Shown: positions 1-9,725 of the stretch, piece after piece
How the letters are laid out: every line of letters begins with the position of its first letter
Numbering within the stretch: position 1 is the stretch's first letter
From: Myxococcota bacterium
Lineage (GTDB): Bacteria > Myxococcota_A > SURF-8 > G963663525
DNA: 38,377 nucleotides
Assembly: GCA_963676915.2 (NCBI GenBank)
Contig: CAXXVK010000026.1
Location: 1-38,377, forward strand
Direction of reading: 5' to 3'
The notes under the pieces: model-generated
Database searches by the model: none
Told to the model about the DNA's origin: nothing
What the model saw: the letters and a program-made list of their open reading frames with translations, nothing else
Made by a program: the position numbers and the translations under genes

Positions 1-7
1 AAACGGG

Positions 8-1191
8 ATGGACGTTTGTGCAGTGATACTTGCCGGGGGAACGGGGACGCGGTTCTGGCCATGGAGCGACGACCTGATGCCCAAGCAGTTTCTCCCTATC
101 GCCGATCCTCGGTTGACTTTGTTGCAACAGGCGAGACAACGGGTGGTTCCTCTGGTAGGAGATCGTATTCTTGTTCTCACGAACGAAGAATACGTCCCGT
201 TGTTCGTACGCAACTTCCTGAAGTTCCTAAAGAAAACATTATCGGTGAACCGGTCTTGCGAGATACGGCAGCCGCTATCGGTTTGGGCGCTGCATTGGCC
301 GAGCGACTATGGTCCGGCGCGGTTCAAGCGTTGTTTCCCGCCGATCATTCCATTGGTATTCCCGAGCGCTTCATCGAGATTCTTCATCATGCCGCCCAGT
401 TCGCCGAAGCGACCGAAAAACTGTATACCATTGGCATAGAGCCTGCCTATCCTACGGAAGCTTATGGGTATCTGGAGAGAGGCGATAGCCTGGAAGCTCC
501 TAAAGATATCGGGCACTTCCGACTCAATTCCTACGTCGAAAAGCCTGATATCGTTACCGCCGAACGATATATCAACGGTGGTCGTCACGATTGGAACGCC
601 GGTATTTTCGTGTGGAAAAGCGGAGGTTGTCTGGGAGGCTTTGGAACGTCGTTTTGCCCTTGCACGCCCAACATCTTCCCGAGGCGGCAAAGGCTTTTGG
701 AACGTCGGAGTTTGACGAAAAACTTCGTGACGCCTTCTTGGCAGCTACCGAAAATTTCCATAGATTTCGGGATGATGCAGTCTGAAGCGGCAGCGGGGAA
801 CGTCCACATGGTTTGCCGGAGATTTTCCGTGGAGCGACCTTGGCGGCTGGGATGCCTTCTCCCGGACCTTGACTCCCGACGAACACGGAAACTGTGTTTA
901 CGGGCACGCCTACGATTGGAACGGCGAAGCGTGGAACGAACGCTGGTCACCTCTGCACCCGAAACAAGAAGATAAGGACGAGTCGCTGTCCATGGGCGAA
1001 GCGTTCACGCTGGAATCCTCCGGGAATCTGGTGTTCAACAACCGCCGGGGACACAGGGTGGCGCTTGTCGGTGTGGATGACCTCGCCGTGGTCCATACGC
1101 ATACCTCTACACTGGTTACGAGCGCGATGCCTCCGGGAAGCTCAAATCCTTGGTGAATGCTCTGCCGTCTCGTCCGAAAAAGGCGGATTGA
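8..1191 (+). CDS. manC: Mannose-1-phosphate guanylyltransferase (GMP domain), broken by about 6 single-base indels that are probably sequencing errors
   Basis: Motifs recovered across frames: VILAGGTGTRFWP..PKQFL, EPVLRDTAAAI, FPADH, GIEPAYPTEAYGYLE, YVEKPD, WNAGIFVW, LPKISIDFGMM, WSDLGGWDA, VALVGVDDLAVVHT. The last frame ends ..KLKSLVNALPSRPKKAD-TGA (1189-1191). Confidence 0.85.
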
Positions 1192-1580
1192 CCAGCGTAC
1201 AAAAGGTGATGAAACCCTGGGGGTGGGAGTTGTGGTGGGCCTGGGAGGACGACTATGCCGGTAAAACCCTGTTTCTCGAAGCTGGCAAGCGTTTCAGTCT
1301 GCAATATCACTGTGTGAAGGAAGAAACCATCTACATCCTCCAAGGCAAAGTCAAGCTGACCACGGCGTCGCGGGGAAATGAACTGGAAGACCTGGAGTTG
1401 CGTGAAGGCGACGCGATCCACATCGAACCGGGACGCAAACACCGGATCGAAGCCTTGGAAGATAGTTTGTTGCTAGAGGCATCCACTCCGTTTTTGTGGG
1501 ATGTCGTGCGTCTTTCCGATGATTTTGGTCGAGAAGGCACCGAGAGGCCGAAGCAGTGGGTAAGAAGTCCTAAGATTTGA
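1188..1580 (+). CDS. Cupin-domain protein (type II phosphomannose-isomerase-like cupin)
   Basis: KPWGWE..SLQYHCVKEETIYILQG..IHIEPGRKHRIEA..LEASTP..DVVRLSDDFGR. The probable TTG start at 1188 overlaps the upstream stop (TTGA). Confidence 0.8.
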   Translation: MTSVQKVMKPWGWELWWAWEDDYAGKTLFLEAGKRFSLQYHCVKEETIYILQGKVKLTTASRGNELEDLELREGDAIHIEPGRKHRIEALEDSLLLEASTPFLWDVVRLSDDFGREGTERPKQWVRSPKI

Positions 1581-1692
1581 GATGATATTTACACAAGCTT
1601 TTTTTGTCTTCCCTTCCCTTGAAAAATCCCGAAAATCGTTGCTCTGACGGCGTTTCGTTTGGAATTTCCATGAAAGCTAGGGCTTCATTTTT

Positions 1693-1721
1693 TTGATTCT
1701 GCCTGGCAGTCGTGGTATAAA
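1693..1721 (+). promoter_or_regulatory. Putative sigma70 promoter
   Basis: TTGATT-N17-TATAAA with an extended -10 TG, about 150 bp upstream of the CDS at 1875. Confidence 0.5.
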
Positions 1722-1874
1722 GAACGAAATCCGTGTGGATCGGTACGTCCGGGATTTCCATTCGATGGGCGTTTTATGGCAGGAATTTTCAGGTCATGAA
1801 GCGACGATGTGGGATTTCGGGTGATAGTAACCAACGATATCGACGCTCTGGACAATCGAACCGAGGGGTTTCGT

Positions 1875-4280
1875 ATGAGGCTTAGCGCAACAATCAAAGT
1901 GACTTTTTTGTGGCTGGTACTGTTCTGCTTGTGTGGAACGGCGGCTGCTCAGGATATCTCGCCGTGGTCCAATGATGGATGGGACGATGCGGTGAACGCC
2001 AACGAACCGGCGGCCCCGGCGGAAGAACCACCTCCACCGGCAGAGGAACCACCTCCCGCCGAGCCGGAAGCTCAACCCGCTGCGGAAGAACCGCCGCAGG
2101 AGCAGCCTGAGCAGGAACCGGTCGCTCAGGAGCAGGAACAAGGTCCGCAGTTCGGCGAACAAGCCGCTCCGGCACCTGTTCCGGTTGAGGAAGAGACACC
2201 TCTCGGACCGCCGGTCAATGTGGACGGTCTTCCCGCCGATCAGGTGGCGGTGATTTATCTGACCGTCAGCGACATCAAAGGTGAACTGAAAAACGAAGAT
2301 GTCGAGTTCGTGATTCGCAAGGAAACGCTGAAACACGGCGAACAGTTGGTCGATGACGACGCGGTGAAGCTGGTTGAAAGCGTCGATGAAGACGGTAAGA
2401 AATGCATCAGCATCAAGTGCTCGGCGGAACTCGGCAAGCGAGCCGGAGCCACGATGGTTATTACCGGGTCCGTGCTTCGCACCAGCGATAGCAAACCGGC
2501 GCGTATCAACTTGAACCTCGTGGAGACGCAAAACGGCGACACGCTGGCTCAAGGAAAGAAAAAACCGGAAGATACGACTCCCGAGGCATTCAATACCGCC
2601 CTGGCATCGCTGGTTCAGGAACTCTGGTCCATAGCCAAGCCGCCTCCTCCACCCGAAGAGAAAAACGAAGACGAAGCCAAGGAAGAAGAAAAGAAGAAGC
2701 TCAAAGAAGACCGTTTCTTCAAAGGTGCGCTGACCACGATCGGTCCGTTGGAGATCATTGTTCCCAACAACCGGGCCGGTGTCGTGATGGGCTATCGCAA
2801 GCTGTTTTTCGAACATTACGCCTATATTTCGCCCGAAGTGGACCTGCGTTTCATTCCGGCAGACGTAGGTGAGGATTACAAGTTACGAATGGGCTTTGGT
2901 GTGCCGTTGAATGTCGAGATCTATTCGGGGCGTGATCGTGGCGACGCTGACAAGGAACTGGATCATTTCGACAATGCGGGGCGAGTGCGTAAGGAAGACT
3001 GGGACAGTGCCCGCGACTATATGAAAATTATCCGCTACATCCAGTACGGTCGTAAAGAAGACAATCTCTATGTCAACGTTAACCGCACCTTCGCCACGAC
3101 CATCGGTCACGGTGTGGTGATGAAACGATACATTGCCAACCTAGATTATTTCACGACCAAGGTTGGTGCGGAACTGGATTGGTACAACGATTACGGCGGA
3201 TTCGAGTTCTTCACCAACGACCTCACGCGCTGGCAGATGTTCGGGGGGCTTGCCTTTGTCAAACCGCTCTCTATCGGTATGGATCACTGGATGGCGCAGT
3301 CGGTGTCGTTCGGCGCTCATTACATGACCGATCTCGACGCTCCATGGCGTATCAACAACTATCGTGTGTCCGATGAAGGCAGTTACATCTACGATCCGAC
3401 GAACATTCACCTGTTGGGTGGTGACGTGGAAATCAAGCTTGTTAAATGGGCTAAGTGGAGCAATGGAGCCAGCACCTGGGGGCGGAAGGTCAGTTGGGAC
3501 GATGTGGTCGAACCATCGGATAGCAGCATTGAAGAACTGATGCAAAAAAGTGAGGATGACTCCGAGGTCGGAGCAGGACCGTCCAAAACGGTCGAAGTGG
3601 ACGTTAAAGCCTATTTGGATTACAGCACCCTGAACAACTTCCAGTCGGGTGAGACGAAAAACTTCGGTAGCGGCATTACCCTGGGTACTTTGTATCGTAT
3701 CAACTTCTACACCTCGCATCGGCAGGCGATCCGGGCGCGGGCGTATTTCCTGGCGCACCAGGACAACTACACGCCTTCGTATTTCGATTCTTTCTATGAA
3801 ATCAGTAAGTTCCGCTGGGTTTCCGAACATCAGACCGCTGTGGACGAGGGTGCGGACCAGTACTCTGTTACGACCAAGTACAAAGAATTTGCCCGACGTA
3901 AAAACGAATGGAGCCATTTCGGTGGTGGGTTCGAGTTCAGTTATGCCGTGGTGGACTACTTCGGTCTGACTGTAGCCCTGGAGGATACCACGGGAGCCGA
4001 CAACGGGCAGTTCCTCGCCCATATCGAGGTTCCGGCTACCAAGTATTTTCGGGTCGCGGCCAGCTATTTCAAAACGAACTTCGACAGTTACGAGAACGTA
4101 TTCAACATCAATCAATCCAACACGATGCTTACGACGTTGGTACGTTTCAGTCCTTTCGGACAATTGCTGCATTTCCAACTCGGATTGCGCAAAACCCTGC
4201 AACCTTCCCAAATCTACTTCCCGAATCTGGATGAAACCTGGGAAATCAAGGCCGATATCGACTTGAGTTGGGAGTTCTAA
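1875..4280 (+). CDS. Exported protein: Pro/Glu-rich linker, periplasmic alpha/beta (CsgG/TolB-N-like) domain and probable outer-membrane beta-barrel
   Basis: RBS GAGGGG before ATG 1875. Signal peptide ends ..AAA-Q. AEEPPP repeats, then CSAELGKRAGATMVITGSV..RINLNLVET. The C-terminal half has amphipathic strands and ends DLSWEF (terminal Phe). Confidence 0.6.
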   Translation: MRLSATIKVTFLWLVLFCLCGTAAAQDISPWSNDGWDDAVNANEPAAPAEEPPPPAEEPPPAEPEAQPAAEEPPQEQPEQEPVAQEQEQGPQFGEQAAPAPVPVEEETPLGPPVNVDGLPADQVAVIYLTVSDIKGELKNEDVEFVIRKETLKHGEQLVDDDAVKLVESVDEDGKKCISIKCSAELGKRAGATMVITGSVLRTSDSKPARINLNLVETQNGDTLAQGKKKPEDTTPEAFNTALASLVQELWSIAKPPPPPEEKNEDEAKEEEKKKLKEDRFFKGALTTIGPLEIIVPNNRAGVVMGYRKLFFEHYAYISPEVDLRFIPADVGEDYKLRMGFGVPLNVEIYSGRDRGDADKELDHFDNAGRVRKEDWDSARDYMKIIRYIQYGRKEDNLYVNVNRTFATTIGHGVVMKRYIANLDYFTTKVGAELDWYNDYGGFEFFTNDLTRWQMFGGLAFVKPLSIGMDHWMAQSVSFGAHYMTDLDAPWRINNYRVSDEGSYIYDPTNIHLLGGDVEIKLVKWAKWSNGASTWGRKVSWDDVVEPSDSSIEELMQKSEDDSEVGAGPSKTVEVDVKAYLDYSTLNNFQSGETKNFGSGITLGTLYRINFYTSHRQAIRARAYFLAHQDNYTPSYFDSFYEISKFRWVSEHQTAVDEGADQYSVTTKYKEFARRKNEWSHFGGGFEFSYAVVDYFGLTVALEDTTGADNGQFLAHIEVPATKYFRVAASYFKTNFDSYENVFNINQSNTMLTTLVRFSPFGQLLHFQLGLRKTLQPSQIYFPNLDETWEIKADIDLSWEF

Positions 4281-4308
4281 GCAGGAATCCACATTTCATG
4301 GAAACACG

Positions 4309-4340
4309 CGGGGAGGATCGGAAGATTCTCCCCGTTTTTT
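4309..4340 (+). terminator. Rho-independent terminator
   Basis: CGGGGAGGATC-GGAA-GATTCTCCCCG followed by T6. Confidence 0.8.
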
Positions 4341-4513
4341 AGTGGTGGAGAGGTGTAAGCGACGCTCTCGATGAAGGAACTTGTATAAAACTTCACGGTG
4401 TCATAGCCTCACGGATCGGAAGGTCCGGGAGACTGTGTAACTTATTGAAAACACAGCCTTCCACACTTTGTGCGTAAGACTTTGGGACACGTAGTCTTCA
4501 TAACCTGCAAGCG

Positions 4514-6181
4514 TTATTTCGAGCCTTGCTGCCATCCGAGGACTAACAATCCACCCCCGAATCCCACCATTGCCAGTCCTGCCACGGTGGAACCCAACAG
4601 TGTTTCTCCCGCTCCAAACAATAGCAGAAACAATCCGGTCGTTGCGCCAAGCCAGCACAAAACGGAACGCAACATGTCCGTTCGACTGGAGGATTTCTCG
4701 GGTTTCGCCACATTCCAGAATCCCGGTGCTCGGGTGCGTTCCATAAAGCGGCGGCGATGCTCTTCACTTACCGGTGGAGTCAGCCAGGTCACGGCCAAGG
4801 TCAGGGGAAGGGATATCGCCAGTGTTATCAACAAAGTATCATGTAGCGACAGACCGGTTGCTCGGCAGATGGTTGCGGTGATCATCGAGGCCAGCATGGC
4901 GGTCCATTCGCTCCAGGCGTTGAGCCGCCACCAGAACCAGCGCAGAATCAGCACCGGTCCCAGCCCCGCACCCATCGCCAGCAGGAAACGAAAAAGTCCC
5001 GTTACGCTTTCCCCCCACATGGCCACGATGCCCGCTCCGGCCAGTGACACGAGAACGAACAAGCGAGAAATGCGCAAGTAGTGACGTTCACTACGATTTT
5101 TTCGAATGTATGGCCGATACAGATCGTTGACGAAATAGCTTCCTCCCCAGTTTAGTTGGGTGTCGATGGTGGACATAAACGCCGCAACCAACGTGGCGAT
5201 CATCAGGCCGCGCAGTCCCTCCGGCAAAACCTGGAAAAGCACGGCGGCATAAGCTTGTTCGCCTTCGCCGACCTGAGGCAGCAGCACCAGCGATGCCAGC
5301 GCTGTAAGAATCCAGGGCCAGGTACGAACTACATAGTGGGTAACAAGGAAAAACAATGTAGCTCGCGAGGCGTCTTTTTCGGAACGACAGGCCAGTTGGC
5401 GTTGGATGATTTTCCCGCCGCCATCGGCATTGAGAAACGCCCACCACTGAACCCCTAAAAACAGCAACATGGCTGTAAACAGGTCTTCCGAGTCGGAAAA
5501 AGGAAGGACGTTCAGAGCATTCGAGCCGTTCTCGGTGGTGGCAGCTTGCAGAGCCTCCAGGCCACCGGCGGCGGACACGGCGAAAACCGCCAGCAGAACC
5601 GCTCCTAGCAACGCCAGCCAGAATTGTAAAAAATCCGTGACTACCACGCCCCAGAATCCGGATAGTACCGAGTACAAAGCGGTAATTGCCAGGCAGGGAA
5701 GCAGCACGGCCAACGGATCGAGGTGCAGCGGTCCCGCGAAGATGGCTACGACCGCCTTGAGAACAAGACCCATTGCCACGATGTTGACGAAGCAGGCAAA
5801 CATTGCCGCACGCCCGGCCCGCAGCACGTCCGCGCCTTTTCCGTCGTAACGCAAAGAACAGAATTCCACGTCCGTCACCACGCCTGCTCGCCGCCATAGC
5901 GACGCCAGCACCAGGGCGGCGAACATTCCGCCGATGGCATAGCACCACCATTCCCAGTTCGCGCCGATTCCACCAGAACGGGTTATAGCGGTTACATACA
6001 ACGGAGTGTCGATTGAAAATGCCGAGGCCGCCATGGAGGTTCCCGCCACCCACCAAGGAAGTTTTCTACCGGATAGAAAATAATGCTCGGTAGATCGCGC
6101 CGCCCAGCGATTGAGGACCAATCCCAGAACGAGCACCAAAAGCAGGTACCCACCGATGACGCTGTAGTCCAGGATGGTCAT
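4514..6181 (-). CDS. Sodium:solute symporter (SSS) family transporter
   Basis: YFLSGRKLPWWVAGTSMAA, GFWGVVVTDFLQ, QRQLAC, AAFMSTIDTQLNWG..NDLY. About 13 or more hydrophobic segments. Confidence 0.92.
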   Translation of the reverse strand: MTILDYSVIGGYLLLVLVLGLVLNRWAARSTEHYFLSGRKLPWWVAGTSMAASAFSIDTPLYVTAITRSGGIGANWEWWCYAIGGMFAALVLASLWRRAGVVTDVEFCSLRYDGKGADVLRAGRAAMFACFVNIVAMGLVLKAVVAIFAGPLHLDPLAVLLPCLAITALYSVLSGFWGVVVTDFLQFWLALLGAVLLAVFAVSAAGGLEALQAATTENGSNALNVLPFSDSEDLFTAMLLFLGVQWWAFLNADGGGKIIQRQLACRSEKDASRATLFFLVTHYVVRTWPWILTALASLVLLPQVGEGEQAYAAVLFQVLPEGLRGLMIATLVAAFMSTIDTQLNWGGSYFVNDLYRPYIRKNRSERHYLRISRLFVLVSLAGAGIVAMWGESVTGLFRFLLAMGAGLGPVLILRWFWWRLNAWSEWTAMLASMITATICRATGLSLHDTLLITLAISLPLTLAVTWLTPPVSEEHRRRFMERTRAPGFWNVAKPEKSSSRTDMLRSVLCWLGATTGLFLLLFGAGETLLGSTVAGLAMVGFGGGLLVLGWQQGSK

Positions 6182-6397
6182 TGAGGATTTCTCTCGTGCA
6201 TCGTATGTTCGATAGAGTGACTGGTCATTTTATTCCTCCAGCATCTAAAGAAGCAACAACATCAGCGATCTTTCACCAAAAAGAAGAAGCCTTGTTACCT
6301 GTTGATATTGTTAAGCTATTCCGACTTTTAACCGGTGTGAATATTCTCATGTCGATATCGGAAGTTTAGGTGCCCGCGTAATAAAAATTTCATTGGA

Positions 6398-7801
6398 TCA
6401 GGATGGAGCTCCTTCGTTGCCAAAGTCTTCGGGTAATTCGTCGGGAGCGAGGTTGTCGAAACGGGTCAGACTGCCCTCGAAACGGACTGCAACACGTCCC
6501 GTGGAACCGAAACGGTTCTTTCCTACGATGATTTCGGCCACGTTGTGGTATTCCACGCGGGTGGGGTCGTAATATTCCTCTCGATAAATGAACAGGACGA
6601 GGTCGGCGTCCTGCTCGATAGCGCCGGATTCCCGCAAGTCGCTCATCATCGGGCGCTTGTTCGGGCGACTTTCCACGGCACGGCTAAGCTGGGCGAGGCA
6701 TAGTACCGGGACATCGAGATCTTTTGCTAAGTTCTTGAGATTACGGGAAATCTGGCTGATGTACTGCTCCCGGTTGAAGTTCCGGTTCTGCATTCTTGTT
6801 TGCATCAACTGAAGGTAGTCGATGACGATCAGATCCAGCCCGCCGTTGGACACCATCAGTTGTGCTTTGGCGCGGATTTCGCTGTCCGAAATGCCGCCGG
6901 TATCGTCGATAAGAATGGGTATTTGAGACAATTCGTCGGCGGCTTGACCGAGTCGGGTGAGTTCATCGGTCGAAGGCATTCCTTTGCGGGCTTTTGTGCC
7001 ATCGACTTCCGCTTCGGTGCAAAGCATTCGGGAGGTCAACTCTTTACGAGTCATTTCCAAGGAAAAAACAGCCACTCGCTTTTGTTTTTTTGCTATTTTC
7101 GTAGCGATGTTGAGGGCCAACGATGTTTTACCCATGGCGGGTCGAGCCGCCAGAATGATCAACTGTCCCGGTGCGAAGCCTGTGATTTTTTCGTCCAGAT
7201 CGTAAAATTCGGTGGGAATCTGTCGTTTGTCGTCGGAGGGAAGGGCGATTGAGTCGAAAGCCTCTTCCATGCCTTCCGCAATGTGGTAGTAGGGTCGATC
7301 GTCGCCTTCGAGGTTGATGGCGAACAGGCGGTCCAAACCTTCGCGGATGTATTTCTGTGTATCTTCCGGTTCATCGAATCCCTGGGCGACGAGTTGCAGC
7401 CCGGCGTCGATCATCTGCCGTAAGAATGCTTTTTCCTTGATGATTCCGGCATAGCTGACAATGTTTCCCGCTGTAGCGACCGTGTTGGACAACTCTGCCA
7501 GGTATTCGAGACCGCCGATGCTTTCGAGCTGGCCTTTTCGCAACAATTGGTCTTTGAGCCAGACGAAATCGATGGGTTGGTTTTTCTGCGCCAACTCCAC
7601 CATGGCTTCGTATATTTTCGCATTGGCGCGGATGTAAAAGTGGTTGGGAGACAAGATGGGAATCACCTGGTGGATTTCCCGGTCACGCAACATAACTCCG
7701 CCCAACACCGCACGTTCCGCCTCGACCGAGTGCGGAGGCACCCGACCGCCTGCGAGATCCTCGCGATCATCGGCAAACGTGGTTTTGGGATCGTTTTCCA
7801 T
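6398..7801 (-). CDS. dnaB: Replicative DNA helicase DnaB
   Basis: PPHSVEAERAVLG, AARPAMGKT (Walker A), FSLEM, IDYLQLM, LAQLSRAVESR..RPMMSDLRESGAIEQDAD, KNRFG. RBS GGAG before ATG 7801. Confidence 0.97.
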   Translation of the reverse strand: MENDPKTTFADDREDLAGGRVPPHSVEAERAVLGGVMLRDREIHQVIPILSPNHFYIRANAKIYEAMVELAQKNQPIDFVWLKDQLLRKGQLESIGGLEYLAELSNTVATAGNIVSYAGIIKEKAFLRQMIDAGLQLVAQGFDEPEDTQKYIREGLDRLFAINLEGDDRPYYHIAEGMEEAFDSIALPSDDKRQIPTEFYDLDEKITGFAPGQLIILAARPAMGKTSLALNIATKIAKKQKRVAVFSLEMTRKELTSRMLCTEAEVDGTKARKGMPSTDELTRLGQAADELSQIPILIDDTGGISDSEIRAKAQLMVSNGGLDLIVIDYLQLMQTRMQNRNFNREQYISQISRNLKNLAKDLDVPVLCLAQLSRAVESRPNKRPMMSDLRESGAIEQDADLVLFIYREEYYDPTRVEYHNVAEIIVGKNRFGSTGRVAVRFEGSLTRFDNLAPDELPEDFGNEGAPS

Positions 7802-7972
7802 AACAATACTCCATGATGTGAACAGCTTTCGAAGGGAGACAAAGAATAGCTGTTTGCCATCCGCAAAACAACCAGAAAAATGGAAAAACCTTTCCATGAA
7901 AAGGACGAAAAAAATGCAGAAAAAAATCTTTTCAGACCTTGAAAGGCATCCATAAATGAATAAGTTGTTTGG

Positions 7973-7987
7973 TGAGAAAAATTACAA
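7973..7987 (+). promoter_or_regulatory. Candidate Fur/PerR-type 7-1-7 box upstream of the peroxiredoxin
   Basis: TGAGAAA-A-ATTACAA matches 10 of 14 positions of the Per box TTATAATnATTATAA. It lies just downstream of a possible TTGAAA-N16-TAAGTT promoter. Confidence 0.3.
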
Positions 7988-8020
7988 TTACAACATACCC
8001 ATGGAGTAAGGAGACAAGTG

Positions 8021-8614
8021 ATGGGAATCGTTGGGAAAAAAGCGCCGGATTTCACTGTTGAGGGTTTTTACAAGGGAAATATCAAGTCCTATTCCTTAGA
8101 AGATTTTCGTGGGAAATGGACGGTTCTGTTGTTTTACCCTCTCGACTTCACCTTTGTGTGTCCGACCGAAGTCTTGGAATTCAGCCGCAATATGGACCTT
8201 TTTAAAGAGATTGGGGCCGAAATTCTGGGTGTCAGCGTGGATTCGCAGTTTACCCACAAAGCCTGGGTAGAAACGGCCTACGAAAACGGCGGCTTGGGTG
8301 GAGATTTGAACTATCCCTTGTTGTCCGATCTCAACAAAGAGGTGGCGCAAGCCTACGGCGTACTCGATGAAGGCGCAGGAGTCGCGTTGCGTGGCTTGTT
8401 TATCATCGACCCGGAAGGCGTAGTGATGCACGCGACCGTCAACAACCTGCCGGTGGGTCGCTCCGTCACCGAAACCCTGCGTACGCTGAAAGCATTCCAG
8501 TATGTTTCAAGCCATGAAGGCGAAGTCTGCCCGGCCAACTGGGAAGAAGGGCAGGAAACCATGTCTGCCACGGCAGAAGGGATGCATGACTATCTGACGA
8601 AACACGCCCGTTAG
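8021..8614 (+). CDS. ahpC: Typical 2-Cys peroxiredoxin (AhpC/Prx1 family)
   Basis: FYPLDFTFVCPTE, RGLFIIDPEG, VGRSV, GEVCPANW. RBS AAGGAG. Confidence 0.93.
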   Translation: MGIVGKKAPDFTVEGFYKGNIKSYSLEDFRGKWTVLLFYPLDFTFVCPTEVLEFSRNMDLFKEIGAEILGVSVDSQFTHKAWVETAYENGGLGGDLNYPLLSDLNKEVAQAYGVLDEGAGVALRGLFIIDPEGVVMHATVNNLPVGRSVTETLRTLKAFQYVSSHEGEVCPANWEEGQETMSATAEGMHDYLTKHAR

Positions 8615-8651
8615 CACTCGTTAACGATGGGTGTGCAAAATTTGTGGGGGG

Positions 8652-8691
8652 AACGGCGGTTTTTCGTATCAACGAAAGACCGCCGTTTTTT
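8652..8691 (+). terminator. Rho-independent terminator between the convergent ahpC and plsC genes
   Basis: AACGGCGGTTTTTCGT-ATCA-ACGAAAGACCGCCGTT followed by a T-run. Confidence 0.8.
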
Positions 8692-9433
8692 ATGCTTCTT
8701 TTTCTATCGTATCCAGCATGGATTGGTGGCGGTTTCGTACCGTCTCCACCAGTTCATCCATTGGGATTTCGTTGTCGGTGGGAATCGGCTCGCCGAAATC
8801 GATTCGAACCGTTCCCGGACGAAAGATATACTGCCGAATCGACATGATGCTTTCCGATTTCGTTACCACGCCCGGTAATATCGGCACGCCTGCCGAACGA
8901 GCAAGATGAAACCCACCTTTTTTGTAACGGCCTAGCGTTCGGGCATCTTTCGAGCGCGTTCCTTCCGGGAAAATCAGCACCGTCCGACCCTCACGAATAT
9001 TGCTGGCGGCTTTCGCAAGGGAAGCCTTGGCTTTTCGGCTGTTTCCGCGATCGATGAGGATCGTTCCCGCCGAAACCATACCGAGACCGAAAATCGGAAT
9101 GTAAATCAGCTCCTTTTTCGCAATGAAATGCACGTAGTGGGGTACGATCATCAATAGCGAAATCACGTCGGCGTAGGAGCGATGATTGGTCATCACGACG
9201 AGTGGCTGGCTGGTAGGAAAGTGTTCCAGCCCATGAACCTCCACCAGGATACCACAGCCTTTGCAGAGCATCGTGGCCCAGGAGCGGGCAAACCAGGGAC
9301 CGCTACGAAGCAGCAGTTGTGCGGGAAATGTCACGGTAACGAAGGTTGCGTAGAAAAACGTTACAACCACAATCCAGCAGGCATTGAATACAAGGCGAAA
9401 TCCAAGCAAAAAGTCTAAAAGCATGATGTACAA
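8690..9433 (-). CDS. plsC: 1-acyl-sn-glycerol-3-phosphate acyltransferase
   Basis: NHRSYAD (HX4D), FIAKKEL, IDRGN, FPEGTRS. The start could be TTG 9433 or ATG 9424. Confidence 0.9.
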   Translation of the reverse strand: MYIMLLDFLLGFRLVFNACWIVVVTFFYATFVTVTFPAQLLLRSGPWFARSWATMLCKGCGILVEVHGLEHFPTSQPLVVMTNHRSYADVISLLMIVPHYVHFIAKKELIYIPIFGLGMVSAGTILIDRGNSRKAKASLAKAASNIREGRTVLIFPEGTRSKDARTLGRYKKGGFHLARSAGVPILPGVVTKSESIMSIRQYIFRPGTVRIDFGEPIPTDNEIPMDELVETVRNRHQSMLDTIEKEA

Positions 9434-9725
9434 GATCCCTTTACAAAACTTTTACAAATCGACTTTTACACGGAAATGAGCGGAGATAAAGAAAAATTCG
9501 TTTGTAGGAGCGAATGTGTGTAGCTTTTTGTGTGCGTTACGAAACGGGTCATTGATCTTCGACGGAACAATTGGATTGCCAACTGTAAAATAACTTGCTT
9601 GACTTGTTTAATAATCCTATCTTGGTTTCGTAAATATTTCCAAGGAACCTATGCGTCATAATCTGATTCTATTTTTGGGTGTCTTGTATCCAAAAAATGA
9701 AACCTGAAGTCTATGGGAGTCGAGA

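Noticed and set aside
1794-4292. Long antisense ORFs (for example 1794-2816, 3141-4292, 15547-16464, 22228-23037)
   Set aside because: They are shadow frames opposite well-supported genes, with no motifs or RBS, as expected from codon bias.
6398-7801. Intein in DnaB, or a nearby replication origin
   Set aside because: The 467-aa length and contiguous motifs leave no room for an intein. No TTATCCACA-type DnaA box cluster was seen in the flanks.
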